Position numbers and translations under genes: made by a program. Positions 32,467-42,825 of a stretch of 64,000 nt of DNA are shown piece after piece. Each line of letters starts with the position of its first letter. Position 1 is the first letter of the stretch. The stretch lies in the sequence record MK250021.1. One strand, 5' to 3'. The notes beneath the pieces were generated by a model. That model was not told where the DNA came from, searched no databases, and saw only the letters and a program-made list of their open reading frames with translations.

Positions 32467-33621
32467 ATGAATACAGAAAATAAATTTAATTATGTTCTCG
32501 TTGGTGGAACATACAATGATAATAAAGGTAAAGAATCTGGAGTTGTAAATAAATTATATCATGCATTAGGAACATTTAATGCAAAAATGTATAATGGTGG
32601 TAATTACTATGATTTAGTCGGAGAAGCATTATCCGCCATTTCAGAAACAGATCTTATTATATGGATGGCAGATGTTGATAACAAAAAAGAGAAAGTGTAT
32701 CCAAAGAAAAATACCGGTTCTGTTTTGATTTGTTCAAAAGTTATTCGTGATGATTATACTTATAAGGATGCAATAGCACGTATATTCAAAATGCATGGTA
32801 ATGCCGTCATTGCAATTACAAAGGATAATGAAACAAATATGTTTGTATTTGAATTTTGGGACGCATTAGCAAACTGTTGGTATAGAGGAAGTGATATTGA
32901 AAAACTTGCATTAACTATATATCGTTTTTATATATTCAGTAGAGGTAGTATTCGCAGGCAAACATATAGAGATAAATCATTAGTTTCATATAATGATGGA
33001 AGACCAGATGATTTGAATGATTTCATTAAGTTAAACAATGGATTAGCAGATTTTATTCAAACTTCATGCGGAGATAGGTTTTTTGGGAATTTGTCCACAA
33101 GATGTCAGAAGTTATTTCCATCAGAACGAAAAGGTAAATTTATTTATGTAAGTCCAAGAAACGTAGATAAGAATAGATTAACACCATCTGATTTTGTATT
33201 GTTTGATACTGATGATTATTCTTATTATGCAGTAGACGAAAAAATGAAACCTTCTGTTGATTCTCCTGTACAAGCAGAATTATATAAGGAATTCCCGACA
33301 ATTAATTATATGATTCATGGACATGCATTTGTACATGTAATGAAAGATATAGATGAAGCAAATATACCAGTTGCAAGTACAGAGAATTATTTTCCATGTG
33401 GTGATCTCAGGGAATTGTCAGAAGTAAAGAAATTAATGAAGTTCATTATATATGATGAATGTCATAAGAACTATGGTATCATTAATCTTAAAGGACATGG
33501 TTTTTTAATGTTCAGTCAGACTTTTGAACAAATGCAATATATGATTAATGATATACATTCATTTGTTATGAATGATGGTAATAGATTATTTAATTTAAAG
33601 CTAATTGATTATGGGATTTAA
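32467..33621 (+). CDS. protein with C-terminal class II aldolase/adducin-like domain
   Basis: GNLSTR...SPRN.DK...KPS.DSP...IHGHA...NLKGHG metal-binding pattern. Confidence 0.65.
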   Translation: MNTENKFNYVLVGGTYNDNKGKESGVVNKLYHALGTFNAKMYNGGNYYDLVGEALSAISETDLIIWMADVDNKKEKVYPKKNTGSVLICSKVIRDDYTYKDAIARIFKMHGNAVIAITKDNETNMFVFEFWDALANCWYRGSDIEKLALTIYRFYIFSRGSIRRQTYRDKSLVSYNDGRPDDLNDFIKLNNGLADFIQTSCGDRFFGNLSTRCQKLFPSERKGKFIYVSPRNVDKNRLTPSDFVLFDTDDYSYYAVDEKMKPSVDSPVQAELYKEFPTINYMIHGHAFVHVMKDIDEANIPVASTENYFPCGDLRELSEVKKLMKFIIYDECHKNYGIINLKGHGFLMFSQTFEQMQYMINDIHSFVMNDGNRLFNLKLIDYGI

Positions 33622-34294
33622 TATTAAATCATTGTTTGTTGTAGAAGAAGATACTGCAAATAAAGATAAAGTTGAAATTAAGCAGGATAAAGTAGAACCT
33701 ACTGTAAAAAAGCAAGAAGTAAACGTAGAACAACCAGTAAAAACTGAAGATACTAATACAAATGATGAATCAAAATCTCCTACTGATGAAGTGAACCATG
33801 AATTCCTTGATAAACTTTGCAATTATTTGGAAACATGTAAAATTGAAGGTGGCGATTATATGCAATTGAAGAAAGCAGCAAATAGTGAGGGTATGCAATG
33901 TATTCCCGATGAATCGGTTAGGTTCCAAGCTGCATTTGCAACACTTAAGAGTGTAAATCCTAACCTTACAAAGGATATTATTCTTTCTTCTATTGATACT
34001 TATATTAATGAGATGAATAAGCAACGAGATATTGCTATTGATCAAGTTGAAAAGAAACGTAAGATTAATGTAGGAGACAAGTCTAAAGCTATTGCAGATA
34101 AACAAAAACAAATTGCAGATCTTCAAAATGAAATTGTTAAGTTATCTACCGAGGTATCAACAATGAAAGAAGAAGTTGATAAAGCAGATGAAGAATGTAA
34201 TAGAAATGCACGAGAATTTACGAATGCTGTTAATATTATTGTTAACGCATTGGAATCAGATAAGAAAAAGATTTCAGAAAAATTAGTAGGTTAA
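33605..34294 (+). CDS. coiled-coil protein at the start of the envelope/ABC module
   Basis: FQAAFATLK motif and long C-terminal heptads. Confidence 0.75.
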   Translation: MIMGFNIKSLFVVEEDTANKDKVEIKQDKVEPTVKKQEVNVEQPVKTEDTNTNDESKSPTDEVNHEFLDKLCNYLETCKIEGGDYMQLKKAANSEGMQCIPDESVRFQAAFATLKSVNPNLTKDIILSSIDTYINEMNKQRDIAIDQVEKKRKINVGDKSKAIADKQKQIADLQNEIVKLSTEVSTMKEEVDKADEECNRNAREFTNAVNIIVNALESDKKKISEKLVG

Positions 34295-34302
34295 ATTAAT
34301 AT

Positions 34303-34485
34303 ATGAAAGTAATAATTAAGAATTATGATTCTACAAAAGCAAATGATATTGTAATTCCTGTTGAAAATAATATGGATAAACATGTAGACTTTTCTAGCGG
34401 TTATGTAGTATTATCAGATGGAAATAATGTTAAGAAAGTTTATATTGATTTTAACAAATATCCTGAAGTAGAATTAGATTTATAA
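34303..34485 (+). CDS. hypothetical protein
   Basis: 60-aa ORF between module genes. Confidence 0.5.
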   Translation: MKVIIKNYDSTKANDIVIPVENNMDKHVDFSSGYVVLSDGNNVKKVYIDFNKYPEVELDL

Positions 34486-34506
34486 TATATAAAAATATTT
34501 TAAAGT

Positions 34507-35574
34507 ATGTCAGATTATAGTACAACAGATGTTATTAATGTTGCGAAGAATAAAGTATCACGATGGGAGAAACCTGGTGGTACAACGGGTATGATTGTAT
34601 TGGGTGTTGCCGTTGGTGCTATTGCAATTAATATTACACCTATTATGAATTTTATTGCGGCTGCTTGTGCAAGTACACTTAGTGCAATTGGAATGGCTGC
34701 TGCTCTTTTCCTTGTATTATATTGTTTGTTTGACCCACGTATTCGTAATATAGGTTCAACTATCTATTTTATGATTATGAGAAAGGTTGAAGGACTTCTC
34801 GTAGATTATGATCCTATTTCTATTGTGAAAAGAAAGATTGCAGAGATGAATAAGAAAATTCAGGAGATTACTGATAATATGGGTAAACTTCGTGGATTGA
34901 TTGATAAATCAGAGAAACGTATTCAGGAAAAGAGAAAACAATGTGATCATGATTTTCAAATGCTTAATAAGTATAAGCAAACAGGAAAGATGCAAGATGC
35001 TGCTGTTTATGAAAGACAAGTAGCAAGACTTACAGAAGTAATTAAGAATTCTGAAGCGAGACTTACTCAATCAAAGCAGTGGTATGAGATTATGGGCAAA
35101 CTTAAGCATCAGGCAGACCTTACAGTTCTTGATGCAACAAATGAGATTAATGAACGCGTAGAAGAATGGGAAATGATTAAGGCACAACACAAGGCATTCA
35201 CTTCTATTGTCGGTATTATCAACGGTAAGGATGATCAATTCAGTTTGTTTACTCGTGCAATGGATCATATGGCAGATGATATTTCTCAGAAGCTTGGTGA
35301 GATGTCATTTATTATTGAGGAAACTGGAGGTTTGATGTCAAAGATTGATATGGATAATCTTGTGATGTCTGATAAAGCAAATGCTCTTCTTGCTCAATAT
35401 AATGCAGGTGGTTTGGATGCAGTTCTACTTGGTAGTTTTGCAAATCAACCAATTGAACATCAACCATCAGAAACTGTAGAATTTAAGGAAGTAGAATATG
35501 CAAAAACTAATAGTAATGCAAGTTCTATTACAAATAATAAACAACAAACGCTTAGTCAACCTAATTGGTTCTAA
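34507..35574 (+). CDS. membrane-anchored long coiled-coil protein, PspA/IM30-like
   Basis: Two N-terminal hydrophobic helices, then DP.....K.I.......I...M..L..., a PspA-like helical bundle. Confidence 0.6.
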   Translation: MSDYSTTDVINVAKNKVSRWEKPGGTTGMIVLGVAVGAIAINITPIMNFIAAACASTLSAIGMAAALFLVLYCLFDPRIRNIGSTIYFMIMRKVEGLLVDYDPISIVKRKIAEMNKKIQEITDNMGKLRGLIDKSEKRIQEKRKQCDHDFQMLNKYKQTGKMQDAAVYERQVARLTEVIKNSEARLTQSKQWYEIMGKLKHQADLTVLDATNEINERVEEWEMIKAQHKAFTSIVGIINGKDDQFSLFTRAMDHMADDISQKLGEMSFIIEETGGLMSKIDMDNLVMSDKANALLAQYNAGGLDAVLLGSFANQPIEHQPSETVEFKEVEYAKTNSNASSITNNKQQTLSQPNWF

Positions 35575-35677
35575 GAATTATTTTATCATTCATTTCATTA
35601 ATTATATTTTTTATTTAATCTTAGTGAACTATATGGATTTATTTCTATAGTTCACTTTTTATTTAATATTTTATGTG

Positions 35678-35685
35678 TATCTTTG
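35678..35685 (+). promoter_or_regulatory. Bacteroidota-type -7 element TATCTTTG
   Basis: Upstream of ATG 35723. Confidence 0.7.
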
Positions 35686-35722
35686 TATTGTAAATTATTT
35701 AACTAATTAAAATAGAAAAATT

Positions 35723-36064
35723 ATGTTAAAGGTCGTAGATACATCATATTATATAATTAATAATAAAGAAAAGAAAGAATTCTTTATATATTATGATATA
35801 AACCATAAAATAGATTGTAATATGTCATTATGGGATATTATGTTTGATTTAAATATTGAAAATGTAAATGAAGATAATAAAGATTTTCTTTTACAAGAAT
35901 TCTTTAAAAAGAATTGGACACGATTCTTTATGATTAAATCTATTCCTTATGATACTATGGTAAATGTATTACCATGGGATAGTATTTTAAATATGGTAAA
36001 TCAAATTGCGCAAACAATAGTTAAATATGAAGATTTAAAAGCTATTCCATCAAACAATAAGTAG
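35723..36064 (+). CDS. hypothetical protein (ends at TAG, or at TAA 36076 if read through)
   Basis: 113-aa ORF. Confidence 0.65.
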   Translation: MLKVVDTSYYIINNKEKKEFFIYYDINHKIDCNMSLWDIMFDLNIENVNEDNKDFLLQEFFKKNWTRFFMIKSIPYDTMVNVLPWDSILNMVNQIAQTIVKYEDLKAIPSNNK

Positions 36065-36133
36065 TTTTTAAAATAAAAGAATAATAGAAATAAACAAATT
36101 AATTTAATAACTTTAATAAAAGATTAAAAAATT

Positions 36134-37717
36134 ATGGCAAATGTAGTTTTGCGACCTTGGGTAAAGGTTGTAGGAGTTATTGCGGTAGTTGCCGCTATTA
36201 TGTTTGGTGCATCGAAATTCTTCGGTGGTAATAGTGATGATAAGTCATCTTCTAATAGTGGAGGATTGTTCAGTAACATTTTCTCTGGTAGTGATGATAA
36301 CGTTATTACTATTGGTACAAATACATATGCAGGATTCCTTCCATTTATGTATTTGAATAATGGTCTTAATCCTAATGAGGATTGCCCTATTTACAAGGAA
36401 TATGGTATTAAGTTGAAGATTGTCGTACAAGATGATTTTGCTGCAGGTCGAGCCGCATTTAAGAACGGCGATATTGATATTATTTATTGTACTGCAGATG
36501 CTCTTCCTGTTGAAATGAGCGAAGGTTCTGATATGAATGATACAAAATTCTTCAATATTTCTAACTGGTCACGAGGTGCTGATGCCATTGTAGTTAATAA
36601 AGGAATTCAGAATGTAAGCGGACTTATTGGTAAGGTTGTTTGTTGTTCACAGGGTACAGCATCTCATACACTTTTGTTGAATACACTTGAGACAAATGGT
36701 ATTGGAACAGATAAAGTAAACATGAGTAATTCTGTTGATCCAAATAAGGTTAATGTGAAGGTTGTAGATAGTGGCTTGGATGCAGCAAGTGCATTCCGTG
36801 CAGGTTCATGTGATGCAGCAGTTGTATTCTCTCCAGATGATCAGGATTTGGTTGCAACTGTGAAGGGAGCGCATGTATTGATTTCTACAACACAAGCATC
36901 AAATATTATTTGTGATGGTTTGATTGCAAAGCAGAGTTATCTTGATTCTAATAAGGAAAATATAAAGAAACTTATTTCTGCATTGTTGTGGGCAAATAAT
37001 CTTATGAATACTGATAGTAAAGCTGTAGCAACAGCAGCAAAGGCATTTGCAACTGCATATAATACAGATGAGAATTTCGCTATTAATGGTTCAAAGAATA
37101 TTCATTATGTCACATTGGGTGATGCTCAGAATTTCTTTGGGTTGAATAGCTCATATACAGGTGTAAAGGGAGATGAATTGTATTCAAAGATGGCTCGTAC
37201 ATATGAGTCTCTTGGACTTTGTAAGCATCCACTTGCATGGAGGAAAGTATCTTATTCTGATATTATTGAGAGTATTGCATCTGAGCCTGATAAGGTAAAG
37301 GGCGATCAGTCTGCAGAAGCAGGTCCAAAGTTTAATGAAACATCTATATCAGATGCAGAAACGAAGACAGCAATTTCAGACAAGAAGGTAACTATTGAAT
37401 ATGGTGTAAATAGTGATATTCTTGATAACGCAGCACAGAGTATTATTGATAAGGAATTTGCTGGTATTGCAAAACAGTTTGCAGGTTCAAAGATTCGAAT
37501 TATTGGTAATACAGATAATACAGGTAATTATGCATATAATGTAGATTTGTCTCGTAGACGTGCACAGTCTGTTGCTAATTATCTTGTAAAAGAATATGGA
37601 TTTGATAAGAATCGTTTCATTATTATTGGTAATGGTCCAAAGCGTGCTGTTACAGATGGTGTAGTAGGAGATAATAAGTCATATCGTTCTACTGATTTTC
37701 AGTTGATTTCAGAGTAA
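36134..37717 (+). CDS. ABC substrate-binding protein (NitT/TauT/NMT1-like) fused to a C-terminal OmpA-like peptidoglycan-binding domain
   Basis: N-terminal TM anchor; T.D.L...S.GADAIVV...L.GK.V....GT.SH.LL; C-terminal IIGNTDNTG..YNVDLSRRRAQSVANYL...G.G. Confidence 0.88.
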   Translation: MANVVLRPWVKVVGVIAVVAAIMFGASKFFGGNSDDKSSSNSGGLFSNIFSGSDDNVITIGTNTYAGFLPFMYLNNGLNPNEDCPIYKEYGIKLKIVVQDDFAAGRAAFKNGDIDIIYCTADALPVEMSEGSDMNDTKFFNISNWSRGADAIVVNKGIQNVSGLIGKVVCCSQGTASHTLLLNTLETNGIGTDKVNMSNSVDPNKVNVKVVDSGLDAASAFRAGSCDAAVVFSPDDQDLVATVKGAHVLISTTQASNIICDGLIAKQSYLDSNKENIKKLISALLWANNLMNTDSKAVATAAKAFATAYNTDENFAINGSKNIHYVTLGDAQNFFGLNSSYTGVKGDELYSKMARTYESLGLCKHPLAWRKVSYSDIIESIASEPDKVKGDQSAEAGPKFNETSISDAETKTAISDKKVTIEYGVNSDILDNAAQSIIDKEFAGIAKQFAGSKIRIIGNTDNTGNYAYNVDLSRRRAQSVANYLVKEYGFDKNRFIIIGNGPKRAVTDGVVGDNKSYRSTDFQLISE

Positions 37718-37735
37718 TTAAAATAAATTATAAAC

Positions 37736-37785
37736 ATGCGGTTTATAGAAAATAATTTTTATTAAATTCTATAAACCGCATTTTT
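37736..37785 (+). terminator. intrinsic terminator
   Basis: ATGCGGTTTATAGAA/TTCTATAAACCGCAT followed by a T-run. Confidence 0.75.
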
Positions 37786-37789
37786 AATT

Positions 37790-38287
37790 ATGAAATATAA
37801 GCATGAATTAATAGGTAATAAAGTATTAATTATATGTGATTGTGATGGTATAAGTATTCATCGAATATATTGTGCATATATATTGGGTGAAGTTATTGAT
37901 TATAATCCTATTACAAATGAAATAAGTATTAGGATAATTAATAATGATATGAATTACTATAGAATGTACAAATTATTTTATAGTAAATTAGGAACACGTA
38001 CATATTTTGAATTTAAACTTAATACATATGATCCTTTTGATCATAAATACTGTTCAGATAATCGTTTAGGATATATAGATCCAAGGGACTATAATGATTT
38101 ATGGTGGTATGAAGCATATTCAGGTAATGAAGCAATATCATTATTAAAAAATAACCTATTAGAAACAAAAGATAAACCTGTATATAATTATTGTTATCTA
38201 TCTACTGATTGTTATGGTAGTTTTAAATCTAAAAAAGAATATTTAACATATCTTTTAAATGAATTAAGTAATGAAAATACAGAATGA
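37790..38287 (+). CDS. paralog family X member 1
   Basis: MKYKHELIGNKVLIIC...YCAYILGEVIDYNP...DPF...KKEYL..LL.EL. Confidence 0.75.
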   Translation: MKYKHELIGNKVLIICDCDGISIHRIYCAYILGEVIDYNPITNEISIRIINNDMNYYRMYKLFYSKLGTRTYFEFKLNTYDPFDHKYCSDNRLGYIDPRDYNDLWWYEAYSGNEAISLLKNNLLETKDKPVYNYCYLSTDCYGSFKSKKEYLTYLLNELSNENTE

Positions 38288-38711
38288 TTTAATAGGTAAA
38301 AAAGTACTAATTATTCATACATATGTTAGTAAATTCTTTAGGAGTTATTGTACATACCATATAGCAACAATTAAATATTATTATCCATCAGGTAATTTTA
38401 TTATTGTAGAATGTCCGAATATTAATCGCACAAGATTTACATTAATAGATCATGATGATCCATTTATAAATAAAGATTATTCAGATAAAAAATTGGCAAT
38501 GAATTTTTCAACTAATGATGGATGGTATTATGTATTTACAAATAAATCTTCAATCAGACAATTAGAATATAATTTAATACATTATAAAAATAAACGTTCA
38601 TTCAATAGCTGTAGAATGATAGTTTCTACGGGACGTTTAATGACAACAAAAGAACGGAAAAACTGTTTTGAAACATTATTAAGTAAAATACAAGATGAAA
38701 TATCGAAATGA
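38271..38711 (+). CDS. paralog family X member 2
   Basis: MKIQNDLIGKKVLIIH...YC.Y.I..I..Y.P...DDPF. Confidence 0.75.
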   Translation: MKIQNDLIGKKVLIIHTYVSKFFRSYCTYHIATIKYYYPSGNFIIVECPNINRTRFTLIDHDDPFINKDYSDKKLAMNFSTNDGWYYVFTNKSSIRQLEYNLIHYKNKRSFNSCRMIVSTGRLMTTKERKNCFETLLSKIQDEISK

Positions 38712-39153
38712 CTTAATAGATAAGAAAGTATTAATTATATGTAATAGTTCTGGTCCTAACAACTGGAATCATTATTGTAGTTATGTTGTTGGGAAAGTAA
38801 TAAGTTATAATCCATCTATTAATTCTATAATGATTGAATATGGTGATAAAACACGAAACTATTTTTCTTTAATTGATTATAATGATCCATTTAAGAAACA
38901 TAATGATAGTTATAATAGAGGACTATATAAACGATTAGCATATAAAATACCATTGAATAGATATTCAGAAAGTTGGTGGTATGATGTCTTTTCATTACAA
39001 TCTGCAGAAAAATTATTAAATCATAATATTAAACATTCACGAGAAAAATATGTATATGGTGAATGTATATTATCAAAAGTATGTTATAATCATATAAGTA
39101 AAAAGAATTTTTTTGAATTATTATTAAAAGAATTAAAAGATGAATCTAATTAA
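38695..39153 (+). CDS. paralog family X member 3
   Basis: MKYRNDLIDKKVLIIC...YCSYVVGKVISYNP...DPF...KK.F..LLKEL. Confidence 0.75.
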   Translation: MKYRNDLIDKKVLIICNSSGPNNWNHYCSYVVGKVISYNPSINSIMIEYGDKTRNYFSLIDYNDPFKKHNDSYNRGLYKRLAYKIPLNRYSESWWYDVFSLQSAEKLLNHNIKHSREKYVYGECILSKVCYNHISKKNFFELLLKELKDESN

Positions 39154-39973
39154 ACGTTTATTTAAATTTGGAGGAACTTCTGATTTTGGTACGTTAACAA
39201 ATGTAATTATTAGTATCATAGGTGCTGTTATTATCATTATGGGATGGCATTTCATTTCTGCATATGATATTGTATCTAGTAATATTCTTCCAGATCCATT
39301 TAAGGTAATTGGTAGTATTCCTACACTTATTACTGAAAATCATTTGTTTGCAAATATTTGGTATACAGTTAAACTAAATCTTTCATGTTATGTATATGCA
39401 ATTTTACTATCATTTCCAATAGGATTTTTTATAGCATTATATCCTATTAATAATATACTATTTGGAAAATATATTAATTCTGTAAGATTTATTCCATTGC
39501 CTTCTATTACAGGAATTTTCTTAGCAATATTTGGACTTACATTTGGAATGAAAGTATGGTTTCTTACTGTTGCAATTATGATTTACATTATTCCTTCTGT
39601 TGTTAATAAGGTAAATGATTTACAAAATCCTGCTAATGAAAAAGATAATGTATATCTTCAGACCGCACAAACAATGGGTATGTCTGCATGGCAGAAGTTC
39701 AGATATGTATATTTCCCTTATGTAACAGGTGGTGTAGTTGATTCTTGTATTGATTTGCTTGCAATTAGTTATAGTTATGTAGTTATTGCAGAAATGATTT
39801 ATAAGGATGGAACTATAAGTGGTATGGGTGCATTGATTAATACGATGGTAAGACAATCACAAATGTCTTCCGCATATGCATTGTTATTCTTAATTATTAT
39901 TATTGGTTGCGTACAGGATTTCTTGTTTAAGAAAGGTGCAAGACTATTATTTCCTTACAAATATAAAAATTAA
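39140..39973 (+). CDS. ABC transporter permease (NitT/TauT/SsuC-like)
   Basis: ILP.P..V, multiple TM helices, A.TMG.S.WQ.F..V.FP EAA-type loop, .SYVVIAEM. Confidence 0.9.
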   Translation: MNLIKRLFKFGGTSDFGTLTNVIISIIGAVIIIMGWHFISAYDIVSSNILPDPFKVIGSIPTLITENHLFANIWYTVKLNLSCYVYAILLSFPIGFFIALYPINNILFGKYINSVRFIPLPSITGIFLAIFGLTFGMKVWFLTVAIMIYIIPSVVNKVNDLQNPANEKDNVYLQTAQTMGMSAWQKFRYVYFPYVTGGVVDSCIDLLAISYSYVVIAEMIYKDGTISGMGALINTMVRQSQMSSAYALLFLIIIIGCVQDFLFKKGARLLFPYKYKN

Positions 39974-39981
39974 TAAAGATT

Positions 39982-40971
39982 ATGAGTGATTTTAAAACAT
40001 TATTTGGACAAAATAATCAAGAGGATAAGAAAACACCTATCCTGTTAGAACAAGAAAAAAATATTAATTCATCTACAAATGATTCCAGTATTCCTGATGT
40101 AAGTAATAATGTAGATAAGCCAAATACACCAGATGTAAGTTTACCTAATAATCAGAAAAAAGATCGGGGTGATGGTAAAATAGATGTTGTTAATTTTAAA
40201 AATTTAACACAAATATTTAATAAAGGTAAGAAAAATGAATATAAATTATTTGAAAATTTCTCTTTGAATATAAATGATATTCCGAATGATTTTCAATCCG
40301 TGAGTATTATGGGCACATCTGGCTGTGGAAAAAGCAGATTAGTACGTCTTTTATGTGGATTGGATGACGTTCAATCTGGAAGTGTTTCTGTATATGGTAA
40401 ATCATTATCAGAATTTGGTAATATTCCTATGGTATTTCAAAATCATAGTAATAGTAATTATCCTTGGATGAAAATTATAGATAATGTAATGTTACCAATG
40501 ATTATTAGAGGATTTTCTAAAAAAGATGCGTATGAGAAAGCATTACAATTGATTAAGTTAGTTGGACTTGAAGGAAAAGAAAACGATTATCCAAATATGC
40601 TAAGTGGCGGACAAAATCAACGTATAGCAATTAGTAAATGTCTTGCTTCGAATTCTCAAATTATTGTATTAGATGAAGCAACTGGCGCATTAGATATAAA
40701 AATGAAAAAAGAGATTCAAAATATTATTTTAAAAATATTATATGATTCAAACGTAGATCCTACTATTATTAATATTACTCATAGTATTGAAGAGGCTCTA
40801 TATATAAGTAATAAAATTTTTATATTAAAAGCTAACCCTTGCGGTATTGTTAAAGTTATGAATATTCATTATCCAAATGAAGAAAATATGCACCGAGATG
40901 AATGGATTTTTCAAACAGAAGAGTATAAAAAATATTATTTAGAATTATCAAAAACATTATCTAATATTTAA
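39982..40971 (+). CDS. ABC transporter ATP-binding protein (NitT/TauT-like)
   Basis: GTSGCGKS Walker A, MVFQ Q-loop, LSGGQ signature, IVLDEA Walker B, ITHS H-loop. Confidence 0.95.
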   Translation: MSDFKTLFGQNNQEDKKTPILLEQEKNINSSTNDSSIPDVSNNVDKPNTPDVSLPNNQKKDRGDGKIDVVNFKNLTQIFNKGKKNEYKLFENFSLNINDIPNDFQSVSIMGTSGCGKSRLVRLLCGLDDVQSGSVSVYGKSLSEFGNIPMVFQNHSNSNYPWMKIIDNVMLPMIIRGFSKKDAYEKALQLIKLVGLEGKENDYPNMLSGGQNQRIAISKCLASNSQIIVLDEATGALDIKMKKEIQNIILKILYDSNVDPTIINITHSIEEALYISNKIFILKANPCGIVKVMNIHYPNEENMHRDEWIFQTEEYKKYYLELSKTLSNI

Positions 40972-41101
40972 ATAGATAAATATAATGGATTCATAATTAT
41001 TTATGAATTTATATTTTGCAAAGTTGAGCATATTACTAAATTTAGTAATATGCTCTTTTATTTTATAGATAAATATAATGCAAAATATAAATTAAATAAT
41101 T

Positions 41102-42067
41102 ATGAGAAATATTACACATGATGAATTTATCACATGTGCTAGATCTATACACGGTGATAAATATGATTATTCATAGACAAAGTTTATTAATAAATCTACG
41201 TTAATTAAAGTATCTGATAATATACATGGTATTTTTGAAATTCTTCCATTTAAACATTTATTATACGATGGATATAATAAAAATTATTTAAATAGTTATG
41301 CGAATGAATACAAAAAACATTTTATAGAAGTATGTAAATTAGTTCATAATAATAAATATGATTATTCAAAAACAGTATATATACATTCATAAACAAAAAT
41401 GTTAATAACATGTCCTATACATGGTGATTTTTATCAATTACCAATGTCACATATACATGGTAAAGGTTGTAGTAAATGTGGTGATTTATCTACAGCTTAT
41501 AAACAAGCATATACAACTGAAGAATTTATTAATAAATCAAAATAGATACATGGTAATAAATATGATTATTCTAATGTACATTATATAAGTAACAAATATA
41601 AGGTTATTATAGGATGTCCTATACATGGTAATTTTTTATAGTCTCCTGATAAACATTTAAATGGTCATGGTTGTCCAAAATGTGTTTTATATAAATTAGA
41701 AAATACAATATCATTATTACTTGATAACAATAATATTAAATATAATAAAAATTATAAAGAATTTAAATGGTTAATAAATGATATTAATCATTCATTAGAA
41801 TTAGATTTCTATATACCTGAATATAATATTGCTATAGAATGTTAGGGTAAATAGCATTTTGAACCAGTTGAAAAATTTGGAGGAAATGAAGCATATTAAA
41901 TATAGGTTAAAAATGATTAGATAAAATAGACATTATGTAAATAGCATAATATAAAATTATGTTATTTTTGTGACAAATATAACTATATAAATAATTATAA
42001 ATTAGGATATTTAACATATAAAACAGAAAATTTATTAGAATATATACGATTTCATTTATTAGTTTAA
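41102..42067 (+). pseudogene. degenerate homing endonuclease (KYDYS...CPIHG repeats plus nuclease domain); TAG=Gln, with two in-frame TAA stops
   Basis: Three HGxKYDYS-type repeats, CP.HG, G.GC.KC, LDFYIPEYNIAIEC(Q)GK(Q)HF; in-frame TAA at 41390 and 41897. Confidence 0.8.
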
Positions 42068-42072
42068 TATAC

Positions 42073-42420
42073 ATTTCAATAGCCCGTTCACTTGCATGTG
42101 ATTCAAAATTACTTATGTTAGATGAATATTCGTCAGGTCTTGATTATTTCACTAAATTTGAATTACAAGATCTTCTATTAAGTATTTTTAATAATAGAGA
42201 TGTAGATAGAACATTCTTGATAGTTACTCATAATATTTCAGAGGCTGTATATCTTTCAAATCGTATTTATATATTGGAACCAAATCCATGTAGAATCAAG
42301 GATGTAATTGATATTAAATTCAGTCAACCAAGAACACAAGCTATTCGTGAAACAGATGAATTTAAAAATTATCAAGCTAAAGTTCTTAAAGCATTAAATG
42401 AAACAATTAATAATAAGTAA
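42073..42420 (+). pseudogene. C-terminal half of a second ABC ATPase (Walker A and signature missing)
   Basis: ISIARSLACDSKLLMLDEYSSGLD...IVTHNISEAVYLSNRI; in-frame TAA upstream at 42019; no N-terminal half seen. Confidence 0.75.
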
Positions 42421-42431
42421 TTTTAAAAATT

Positions 42432-42767
42432 ATGACAAAACATATTATAACATTTGGTGATCTTAATTCTGGAGATCATATTTTTAGATATAGAATTGTT
42501 AAAGACAAAGCTAAATTAGAAACATTAGTAGTACAAGATATTAAAATTACAAATGATAAAGCTATAATAATTATAAAAGATTCATCCATAATTTATACTT
42601 TTGATAAAGAACGAACATATATTATGGGCGGTAATAATGATGATTGGAGTAGTTCTGTCATTGTCTCCGATTATGAATTAGTGGAATTCATTAAAACTGT
42701 TATTAATATAACAAAACAACCACTTATAAGACAACATGTTAATTTAATAAATTTTATATCAGATTGA
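42432..42767 (+). CDS. hypothetical protein
   Basis: 111-aa ORF followed by a hairpin at 42774-42812. Confidence 0.65.
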   Translation: MTKHIITFGDLNSGDHIFRYRIVKDKAKLETLVVQDIKITNDKAIIIIKDSSIIYTFDKERTYIMGGNNDDWSSSVIVSDYELVEFIKTVINITKQPLIRQHVNLINFISD

Positions 42768-42825
42768 AATATAAAAAGGTGAGATAATATACTAAACTAT
42801 CTCACCTTTTTTCTTTATATATAAT

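Noticed and set aside
41102-42067. TAA readthrough as a second recoding event
   Set aside because: In-frame TAA occurs only in this mobile endonuclease, and TAA is the dominant real stop elsewhere; decay is the simpler explanation.
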